A DNA stretch of 64,000 nucleotides, from positions 1,568,001 to 1,632,000 of the forward strand of contig CBDETY010000003.1 in the NCBI GenBank assembly GCA_965243025.1. The letters are read 5' to 3'. Shown one piece after another: positions 18,723 through 26,469 of this stretch. The first letter of the stretch is position 1. Every line of letters starts with the position of its first letter. The DNA comes from Candidatus Latescibacterota bacterium (lineage in GTDB: Bacteria; Latescibacterota; UBA2968; UBA8231). The notes below the pieces were generated by a model. That model did no database searches. It saw only the letters and a list, made by a program, of their open reading frames with translations, and had not been told where the DNA came from. The position numbers and the translations under genes were made by a program.

Positions 18723-19643
18723 CTACCCCTTCTTCTTCCGCGTTCCCGCGCGGCCCGGGAAAGTGAGCTCCGCCACACCCGACTTGTCGAGCTCTCCCTT
18801 GCCGATCTTGATCATGCGGTCGAACTGGCGTTTGGTGGTACGCGCCAACGGCAGATCGAGGCCGGCCTGCCGCGCCACGGACAGGGCGATTCCGGAGTCC
18901 TTGGCGGCGTGGGCGGCGGAGAAGTAGCACTCGTGATCCCGTGCCACCATGTCTTCTCCATCGGTCTCGAGCACCCTCGAGTTGGCCCCGGTCTGAGCGA
19001 AGACCTCCATGAGCATCTCGAGGTCGAGACCGAGCGCCTTGCCGAGGCCCAGACCTTCGGCCAGGCCGGCGGTGTTGATGTTCATCACCATGTTGACCAG
19101 GGCCTTGACTTCGGCCGCCTTGCCCGTTGGTCCGACGTAGCGCAGGGCCTTGCTCATCGATTTCAGCACCGGCAGGACTCTGTCGAACACCTCGCGCTCC
19201 CCTCCGCACATCAGGTAGAGGGTCCCGTCGCGGGCCTGCGTGATGCTGCTCGCCATGCATCCCTCGAGGGTGGAGGCACCGGCTTTGGCCGCCCGTTTCT
19301 CGACCTCGCGATGGACGTCGGGGGTAATGGTGGCGCAATTGATGAAGGTCCTGTTTTCCGCCCCGGCCAGAAGGCTGTCGCCGCTTTGCGAGAAGATCGT
19401 GCGCATCGCCTTGTCGTCGGTAACAACGGTGATGATCGTGTTGGCGGCCGCGGTGACACCGGCCAGCTTTCTCACCGCCTTCGCATCCAGCTCCTTGGCG
19501 AGCCTGGTTGCCAGCGACGGCTTGACGTCGTACAGGACAGTGACCGGAAAACCGGAGTCCTTGAGGTGCCTGGCGATGTTGGCGCCCATACGGCCCACTC
19601 CGACGACGCCGACCTGGAATTTCGATTTGTTTACTCGAGGCAT
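18723..19643 (-). CDS. NAD(P)-dependent beta-hydroxyacid dehydrogenase (3-hydroxyisobutyrate dehydrogenase family)
   Basis: VGVVGVGRMGANIA, MCGG, catalytic Lys in EVKALVN, AAKDSG; RBS AAGGAG. Confidence 0.9.
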   Translation of the reverse strand: MPRVNKSKFQVGVVGVGRMGANIARHLKDSGFPVTVLYDVKPSLATRLAKELDAKAVRKLAGVTAAANTIITVVTDDKAMRTIFSQSGDSLLAGAENRTFINCATITPDVHREVEKRAAKAGASTLEGCMASSITQARDGTLYLMCGGEREVFDRVLPVLKSMSKALRYVGPTGKAAEVKALVNMVMNINTAGLAEGLGLGKALGLDLEMLMEVFAQTGANSRVLETDGEDMVARDHECYFSAAHAAKDSGIALSVARQAGLDLPLARTTKRQFDRMIKIGKGELDKSGVAELTFPGRAGTRKKKG

Positions 19644-19808
19644 GTGCCGATCTCCTTTTGCTCGTCTGGAACTTCAACATTCCTTCTGATTGTTCAATAG
19701 GGTAAAGCCGCGTGAAGATAGGGCGATGGCAAAGGGGCGACAAGCAGTTGTCTTCGCTCACAGACCACGTCCTGCAACCGTTTCAGTGCAGGTTTAGGGA
19801 GGAATCCG

Positions 19809-19840
19809 GCATGTTTTCTGCTTCGCATGTTTTCTGCTTC
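19809..19840. repeat. Perfect 16-bp tandem duplication GCATGTTTTCTGCTTC x2, followed by a degenerate third copy
   Basis: Read directly from the sequence in the divergent intergenic region. Confidence 0.85.
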
Positions 19841-20043
19841 ATTGTTTCGGCTCCATGGTCCGCCAACAGGTTTTACTACTGTTCAGGGAGCAAGAAACAC
19901 CGTGACAAGGGTAAAATGTTTCAACGGGATATCACCGGACGGATCGGCCCGGAACGGTACGGATTGTCCAAAGGGTTGCCGCCTGGGGGTTTTGCCATTT
20001 GCTTGCTTCCTGTCCTGAAGTTTGCGATTGGAGTGAACCGCGG

Positions 20044-20835
20044 ATGAAAATCGGTGTAACGCAGATCGTTCTTGGCCGGATGAGTCTGGACGACACGCTC
20101 GAGCTCTGCCAGGAGGCCGGGTACGACGCGCTCGAACTCGTCTTCGGTCCCGGAAAGGACCTGGAGGCAGGCATGAGCGGGGCAGAACTCGGGCAGGTGG
20201 CAAAGCGGTGTGAAGGCGCGGGTGTCGAGATCACGAGCGTGATCGCCAACCTCCCCGAGCGGGGCAACCTGCTGAGCCGGGACGCCGGGGAGAGGGAGCA
20301 GTGCTGCCGTTGCGTATCGCGGTCCCTGGAGATCGCCGGCGCCCTCGGGGCCGGGGCGACGCTCCTTCACCCGGGGCAGCTGGCGGTCGAGGGTACGTAC
20401 CGGGAAGCCTGGAACGATCTGACGGAGGCGCTGGGGCGCCTCGCCATAGAGGCGGAGGCACACCGGGTCGCCATCGGACTGGAGAACGTGTGGAACAAGT
20501 TCCTGCTCAGTCCGGACGAGGCAGTCAGGCTGGTCGAGGCAGTGGGAAGCGAGTGGGTCGGGATCTATCTCGATACTGCAAACATGATGGCGTACGGGTA
20601 CCCCGAGCACTGGATCCGCGCCCTGGGATCGAAAATCGTCCGCGTGCACTTGAAGGACTTCGACCGGGCCGGGCACAAGTTCGTCAACCTCGGGGAAGGG
20701 GACACCGACTGGCCCACCGTCATGGCGGAGCTCCGCGCAGTGGGGTACGCCTCCTCGCTGATTCACGAAGTCGGTGGAGACCGGTCTCTTCTCGTCGACC
20801 TCGGTGAGCGCATGCGGCGCATCGCCTCCCAGTAA
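20044..20835 (+). CDS. Sugar phosphate isomerase/epimerase (AP endonuclease 2 TIM barrel)
   Basis: GYDALEL, GLENVWN, YLDTAN, VHLKD, GEGDTDW, HE. Confidence 0.9.
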   Translation: MKIGVTQIVLGRMSLDDTLELCQEAGYDALELVFGPGKDLEAGMSGAELGQVAKRCEGAGVEITSVIANLPERGNLLSRDAGEREQCCRCVSRSLEIAGALGAGATLLHPGQLAVEGTYREAWNDLTEALGRLAIEAEAHRVAIGLENVWNKFLLSPDEAVRLVEAVGSEWVGIYLDTANMMAYGYPEHWIRALGSKIVRVHLKDFDRAGHKFVNLGEGDTDWPTVMAELRAVGYASSLIHEVGGDRSLLVDLGERMRRIASQ

Positions 20836-20853
20836 TGGAAAGGAAGCAATGAC

Positions 20854-21576
20854 TTGCCTTACGTGAAGAACTGGAGAGACGTCCAGCCCGACATCTCGCA
20901 CCTGAGCGCCGTTCACTGGGGCGGGCTGCGGCCGCGAGACGGGAGCGATCCGGATGACGACCGCAATCGCCTGGCCAGACTGGGCGGGTTCGCCCGCCAC
21001 GCCCTGCAGGGCCGCAAGACCTCGGACCATCACAGGCATGATTGCAAGGAGCAGGTGTACTACATCCTCAGCGGGTCCGGGGAGGTGCTGTTCGACGGCA
21101 GGCGGTTCCCCGTCGAGAGCGGGGATGCCGTCTATTTGCCCTCGGGTCTGTACCATCAGATGTTCAACGACATGAACGAAAGCTGGCTCGAGCACCACGT
21201 GATCAGCATGCCTGTGGAGGAGGACGGCGGCGAAATCTCCATCCGCAACTGGCGCCACGCGAGCCCGCAGGGGGACGGCGCCGGAGCCATCCGCTGGCAC
21301 CAGCTGGGACCTCTCGGAGAGGAGGACTCCGGATGTCTTCGCGGCATGGCGTTCATCGATCGCGAAGCGGTGCAGCCGCAAGGCCGGTCGGCGCCGCGCA
21401 GGCACGAGGATCTCGAGCAGGTCTACTACGGGCTCGAAAACTCGGGGGTGATAACCGTCGGCGGGGAAGAGGTCCCTTTCACCGAGGGGGACATGATCCA
21501 CCTTCCTCCCGGCTGCGAGTACAGCATCGCCAACCCCAACCGCGACTGGGTCAGCTACCTGATCATGGCGGCCTAG
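20854..21576 (+). CDS. Bicupin protein
   Basis: Two repeats: NWR...HRHDCKEQVYY...GDAVYLP...HQ and NWR...RHEDLEQVYY...GDMIHLP; TTG start after GGAAAGGA. Confidence 0.85.
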   Translation: MPYVKNWRDVQPDISHLSAVHWGGLRPRDGSDPDDDRNRLARLGGFARHALQGRKTSDHHRHDCKEQVYYILSGSGEVLFDGRRFPVESGDAVYLPSGLYHQMFNDMNESWLEHHVISMPVEEDGGEISIRNWRHASPQGDGAGAIRWHQLGPLGEEDSGCLRGMAFIDREAVQPQGRSAPRRHEDLEQVYYGLENSGVITVGGEEVPFTEGDMIHLPPGCEYSIANPNRDWVSYLIMAA

Positions 21577-21664
21577 AACCTGTCCGCATGCCCGGTCGGA
21601 TCGGGCGTTGCGTCGGCAGGCAGGGATCCGGCAGGATTCGGAAACAGCACGGGAGAACAGAAGA

Positions 21665-21904
21665 ATGGCTTCTTTGCAGGAGCTTCACGCGGTCCTGAAC
21701 GATATGATGGCGTCGATCGCCGGGGACGGGAAGGAAGGGGAAGTGGATATCGCCGGGAAGCTGGCCAGAATCGACGCCCTGGGCCGGGAGCTCGGTACCG
21801 AGGCCCCTCCGATGCTCCGGCATTTCCTCGAAAAGCGCAGCTACGCAAAGGCGCTCGACTTCCTCGAGGGAATCGACCAATCGAAGGCCCCGAACTGCCG
21901 CTAG
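21665..21904 (+). CDS. Small helical hypothetical protein (79 aa)
   Basis: Typical codon usage and amphipathic helices (LRHFLEKRSYAKALDFL); ends 3 nt before the next gene. Confidence 0.7.
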   Translation: MASLQELHAVLNDMMASIAGDGKEGEVDIAGKLARIDALGRELGTEAPPMLRHFLEKRSYAKALDFLEGIDQSKAPNCR

Positions 21905-21907
21905 GGG

Positions 21908-22231
21908 ATGCACCCCAACCGCCTCGCAATCTACGCCGTTGTCGCCGATATCCCCCATGGACGCGTCGCCACTTACGGCCAGGTAGCCGCTCTCGCCGGA
22001 TTGAGGGGACAGGCCCGGCAGGTGGGGTACGCCCTCGCCGCAATACCGGAGTCGCTCGAACTGCCCTGGCACCGCGTGATCAACGCCAGGGGCGGGGTGT
22101 CTGCGAGGAAACGTACCATGCTGCACATGCTGCAGAGGCAGCTCCTCGAAGCGGAGGGGATCGAATTCCAGGGCGGCAGGGTCGACCTCGGGAGGTTCCG
22201 CTGGGACCCCGGTCCTGCTCCCATCCATTGA
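21908..22231 (+). CDS. atl: Alkyltransferase-like protein (ATL, MGMT family)
   Basis: IPHGRVATYGQVA, ARQVG, PWHRVIN (Trp replaces the catalytic Cys), LLEAEG. Confidence 0.9.
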   Translation: MHPNRLAIYAVVADIPHGRVATYGQVAALAGLRGQARQVGYALAAIPESLELPWHRVINARGGVSARKRTMLHMLQRQLLEAEGIEFQGGRVDLGRFRWDPGPAPIH

Positions 22232-22376
22232 ATCACACCGCCCGTCCGCCAGTTGCCTTCCCTCTTCCGGTCCCGGCCCACACGCCGGAGTCGGGAGACA
22301 CGGTCCGTCCGTCTGTTGCCCTGCCCATGCCGGTCCCCGCATCTGCCCGGAAACCGGGCGGGTCGGAGCGCCGTTT

Positions 22377-23723
22377 ATGACAGGGCCCCTTACCCTGAAC
22401 CGGCGCATCCTCAGACTGGCGATTCCCAACCTGCTCGCCTCGGTATCGGTGCCTCTGATAGGCATTGCGGATACGGCGATGATAGGGCACCTCGACCAGG
22501 TCGCCTTTCTCGGGGCGGTCGCAACGGCGAGCGTGATTCTCGATGTCATCTTCTGGGGCGCCGGTTTCCTGCGCATGGGGACGACCTCGATCGTCGCCCA
22601 GTACCACGGCGCCGGCGACAGGCGCGCCTGCGCCCGGAGTCTGTACCGCGGCCTGCTGCTGGCCCTGGTCATCGGTGCGGGCATCCTGCTGCTGCGGCAG
22701 CCGATCGCCTGGATCGGTTTCGAGCTCGCCGGGGGCAGCGAAGAGGTCCGGTACTGGGGACAGCGGTACATCGACGTGCGCATCTGGAGCGTGCCGTTGA
22801 ACCTTTCGGTTCTCGTCCTCATCGGGTTCTTCCTCGGCACCGCCAACGTCCTCGTTCCGATGTACATCACGTTCGCCACCAACCTGGTGAACGTGGCCGC
22901 CGACTACGCCCTGATCTTCGGCAACTGGGGTGCGCCGGAAATGGGTGTCGTCGGAGCCGCCTGGGCGGCCCTGCTGTCGAGCGCGGTCGGGCTGGCCGTC
23001 GGGCTCCTGGGCCTGGCGGCGAGATACCGCGATTACCTGCGGCAGCCGGCCGGGCAGCTGTTCGACCGCGGCGCAATGCGGCACCTGATGTCGACCAACA
23101 CCTACCTGCTGGCCCGTACTGTCTGCCTCCTGTTTTCCCAGTTCTTCCTGCTCGCCGTCGTGTCGCGCCTGGGGGAGGTTCCACTCGCGGCCCACGCCAT
23201 TGTCTGGCAGATCTGGGGACTGGTCAGTTTCGCGGTGGACGGCTTTGCCCACGCCGCCGAGACCCTGGTCGGCAACAGCCTCGGGGCAGGTGATTTCACC
23301 GGAACCCGCCGGTTCTGCAGGCGAATCATGGGGTGGGGAATCGGTACAGGATTCTGTTTTGCGGCGGCCTTCGGCATGGGCATGAACGAGCTGGCGTCCG
23401 CGTTTACCGAACACCGGGAAGTCGTCGCAGCCATCCTTCCGCTCACCCCCATGCTCGCCCTGGCGCAGCCCATGAACGCCGCGGTTTTCGTGTTCGACGG
23501 GATATTCATCGGGGCCAACGACGTCGCCTACCTGTCGGGGGCCATGCTTGTCACGGCGCTGCTCTTCTTTCTCCCGGCGATAGGGGTGCTCGTTTTCCTG
23601 CTCGACGGGGGGCTGCTGGAGGCCTGGCTGGCGTACATTGTCCTGATGTTCGGGAGACTGGTGACACTGTGGAAACGCTACCGCAGCGACGCCTGGCTGC
23701 GGACCTTCGTCAGCTCCCGGTGA
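22377..23723 (+). CDS. MATE family efflux transporter (DinF-like)
   Basis: ILRLAIP, ADTAMIGHL, FLRMGTT, GVVGAAWA, DGIFIG; about 12 TM segments. Confidence 0.93.
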   Translation: MTGPLTLNRRILRLAIPNLLASVSVPLIGIADTAMIGHLDQVAFLGAVATASVILDVIFWGAGFLRMGTTSIVAQYHGAGDRRACARSLYRGLLLALVIGAGILLLRQPIAWIGFELAGGSEEVRYWGQRYIDVRIWSVPLNLSVLVLIGFFLGTANVLVPMYITFATNLVNVAADYALIFGNWGAPEMGVVGAAWAALLSSAVGLAVGLLGLAARYRDYLRQPAGQLFDRGAMRHLMSTNTYLLARTVCLLFSQFFLLAVVSRLGEVPLAAHAIVWQIWGLVSFAVDGFAHAAETLVGNSLGAGDFTGTRRFCRRIMGWGIGTGFCFAAAFGMGMNELASAFTEHREVVAAILPLTPMLALAQPMNAAVFVFDGIFIGANDVAYLSGAMLVTALLFFLPAIGVLVFLLDGGLLEAWLAYIVLMFGRLVTLWKRYRSDAWLRTFVSSR

Positions 23724-23758
23724 ATCCGCATCATCCTCCTGACCACGGACAAGGACAC

Positions 23759-24130
23759 ATGCCTTTCATCAATGAAGAGGAACTGCCCAAACTGGAGCTG
23801 TTTCCCAAGGCGTTCAGCGGCATCGTTGCCGGGGAACGGATCATGTTTTCGTTCCTCGATCTCCAGCCGGGCTGCGAGATACCCGAGCACAGTCATCCTC
23901 ACGAGCAGGCCGGCCTCGTCCTCCAGGGGAGCTTCCGCTTCCGCATCGGTTCCGAGGAGCGCCTGACCGGCCCCGGCGACGCCTTCATCGTCCCACCCGA
24001 GGTCGTGCATTCCGGAGAGGTCGTGGAAGGGCCGGTGAAGATCGTCGACATTTTCTCGCCCCCCAGGGAGGATTATCTCGAGAAGTACAATCGCTACAAG
24101 GAAACTTCCGCCGCGACCCGGTGGGAGTAG
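23759..24130 (+). CDS. Cupin domain protein (KdgF-like)
   Basis: PEHSHPHEQ and GDAFIVPPEVVHS, DIFSPPREDY; RBS AAGGA. Confidence 0.88.
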   Translation: MPFINEEELPKLELFPKAFSGIVAGERIMFSFLDLQPGCEIPEHSHPHEQAGLVLQGSFRFRIGSEERLTGPGDAFIVPPEVVHSGEVVEGPVKIVDIFSPPREDYLEKYNRYKETSAATRWE

Positions 24131-24140
24131 GGAGAACGGC

Positions 24141-25097
24141 ATGCCAGATACCGGAATCACAGCCGCGGATTGCGCCACTGTCCTGGTCGTCGCCATTACT
24201 CCGCGGCTGGAAGATGGGCGCGTCGACGTCGAAGGTGTGCGCCGCAACGCGGAGTTCCTGATCGCGAGCGGCGCTGATTTCCTGATGCCGATGTGCGGAA
24301 CCGGACTGGTGTACGACGCCAGCCTGGAGGAGTACGAAACCGCAGTCGGGGCGGTGGTCGACCAGGCCGGCAGCCGCGCCTTCGTCGTGCCCGGCATCGG
24401 TCCCGGGTACGGCCGCTCGCTGGAAATGGCCGCCGTCGCCCGCTCCGCGGGGGCGGCCGGGGTCATGATCATGCCGATCGTCGGTCCCGCTTCGGACAAC
24501 GGGGCGAAAGCGGGCCTTGAGGGGATTGCCCGGTCGGGTGGATTGCCGGTCATCCTGTACCAGAGACGGCTCGACATCATGCCCGTGGACCACGTCGTCG
24601 AGCTCTGCCGTCTGGACGAGGTTGCCGGGCTCAAGTACGCGGTCGACGATTTGTCCGCGTTTTCGAGGATAGTCGAGAGGGCGGGGCAGCACGCTGCCAT
24701 GATCTGCGGGATGGCTGAAGACCCCTGCATCGACTACCTCGAGGCCGGAGCGGCCGGGTTCAGCTCCGGGATGGCCAACTTCGTCCCCAGGATGAGCCTC
24801 GAGCTGTTGCGCTCGTTTCGCGAGGGGGATGCCGGGGCCGCGGCGCGCCTGCGCGAGGAAATGGTGCCGTTCGAGGATCTTCGCGGCGAGGACTCGGCAC
24901 GCTACAGCTCCTCCGCCCTTCACGCGGCGATGGAGTACGCCGGCCTGGCGGGGGGGCCGGTGGTCCCGTTTGCCGAGCCTGTCGCCGTTTCTGACCTGCC
25001 CCGACTGCACGACATGATGGACCGGCTGCTCGGCAGGGAGGCGGAGCTCCGCGAAATGGCGACCGCGGCGGTGGTGGCAGAAGAGGAAGCTCCATGA
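24141..25097 (+). CDS. DapA/N-acetylneuraminate lyase family protein (5-dehydro-4-deoxyglucarate dehydratase-like)
   Basis: AITP, CGTG, ILYQR, Schiff-base Lys in GLKYA, GFSSGMANFVP. Confidence 0.88.
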   Translation: MPDTGITAADCATVLVVAITPRLEDGRVDVEGVRRNAEFLIASGADFLMPMCGTGLVYDASLEEYETAVGAVVDQAGSRAFVVPGIGPGYGRSLEMAAVARSAGAAGVMIMPIVGPASDNGAKAGLEGIARSGGLPVILYQRRLDIMPVDHVVELCRLDEVAGLKYAVDDLSAFSRIVERAGQHAAMICGMAEDPCIDYLEAGAAGFSSGMANFVPRMSLELLRSFREGDAGAAARLREEMVPFEDLRGEDSARYSSSALHAAMEYAGLAGGPVVPFAEPVAVSDLPRLHDMMDRLLGREAELREMATAAVVAEEEAP

Positions 25098-26215
25098 CCG
25101 CAGCTGGCGCCAGGTTGCTGCGCGTCGGCCTGGTGGGGACGGGAGGGGTCTGCGAGCAGGTGCATTTTCCCGGGTTTTCCCGCATTCCCGGAGTGGAGGT
25201 GGCCGCCCTGGTCGAAGCTGATTCCGGCCTGCTCCAAAGCAGGTTGCGGGAATGGCAGGTTGCCGAAGGGTACTCCGATCTGTCCGAGGCGCTCCGGCAG
25301 GCGGAGCTCGACGCAGTCGCCATTGCGACCCCCAACCACCTGCACCGGGATCTCATCGAGGAAGCTCTGGAAGCGGGGTGCCATGTCCTGTGCGAAAAGC
25401 CTCTCGGCATGGACTACGAAGAGACCCGCGAAATCCACGAGGAGGCAGCCCGCTCCGGCCTGCGGCACATGACCGCCTTCAGCTACCGGTTCGTTCCGGG
25501 AATGACCTACCTCAAGCACCTCGTCGACGCGGGCGAGCTGGGCGAAATCAGGCACGCCCGTTTTCAACGCCTTCAGGACTGGGGAGAGCATGCCATCGGC
25601 TGGCGGCAGTACAAGGACCGGGCCGGATCGGGTGAGCTCGGCGACATGGGCATCCACCGCATCGATTTCGCCGAGCATCTGCTCGGTCCGATCCGCTCGG
25701 TCTGCGCGCACATGAAACAGCTTGCGCCGCGGGACCGAACCGAATCCGGGCAGGCTTGTCCACCTCAGGACGTCGAGGATTGGGTCGCCTGGATCGCCGA
25801 GTTCGAATCCGGGACCACGGCGGTGTTCGAGATGGGAAAACTGACCAAGGGACACGGGCCGCAGGGAGACCACGACCTGGCAGAGCTCAACGGCACCAGG
25901 GCGTCCGGGGCCTACCGCCTGCACACACCGCACGAGATCCAGCTCGGTGAACGCCGCTGCCCCTACAGGACCGTTCCGGTCCCCGAGCGATTCCTCAAGC
26001 GTCCCGGTTCTCCGCGCAATCCCCGCGACGGAGTCGCGACGACGGTATTCCGCTACGACCAGGCGTGGGAGTTCGTCTCCGCCATCAGGGAAGGCCGCGA
26101 GTGCGTTCCGTCCTTCTATCACGGGATGCGGGCTCAGCTCGTTGCCGACATGGTGGTGAAGGCGGCGGCGGAGCGGCGCTGGGTGGACGTTCCCGCAATC
26201 GAGTCGGCCGCCTAG
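25094..26215 (+). CDS. Gfo/Idh/MocA family oxidoreductase
   Basis: VGLVGTG, ATPNHLH, HVLCEKP, GELGDMGIH; ATGA overlap with the upstream gene. Confidence 0.93.
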   Translation: MTAAGARLLRVGLVGTGGVCEQVHFPGFSRIPGVEVAALVEADSGLLQSRLREWQVAEGYSDLSEALRQAELDAVAIATPNHLHRDLIEEALEAGCHVLCEKPLGMDYEETREIHEEAARSGLRHMTAFSYRFVPGMTYLKHLVDAGELGEIRHARFQRLQDWGEHAIGWRQYKDRAGSGELGDMGIHRIDFAEHLLGPIRSVCAHMKQLAPRDRTESGQACPPQDVEDWVAWIAEFESGTTAVFEMGKLTKGHGPQGDHDLAELNGTRASGAYRLHTPHEIQLGERRCPYRTVPVPERFLKRPGSPRNPRDGVATTVFRYDQAWEFVSAIREGRECVPSFYHGMRAQLVADMVVKAAAERRWVDVPAIESAA

Positions 26216-26469
26216 GCAAGAGCGGAAGAAGTCGCCGAAACCGCACGGCGATATCTCGGGAGCAGTCCGCCTGCAGGGGGTGTTCCGGACTGCGTGGACC
26301 GCACCCCGGGACGGGACAGCCAGGAACACCCGGCAGCCAACCGTCACCGCCTGCAGGTGGATCCCGACCCGGGCGCGGGGAAGAGTATCTCTTCCCTTAC
26401 CCCTCCAGTTGGTTTCTGCTGGTCCAGCCAACCCGGCCCTGACCCGTCCCCGGCGTCGCTGTAAAAACT

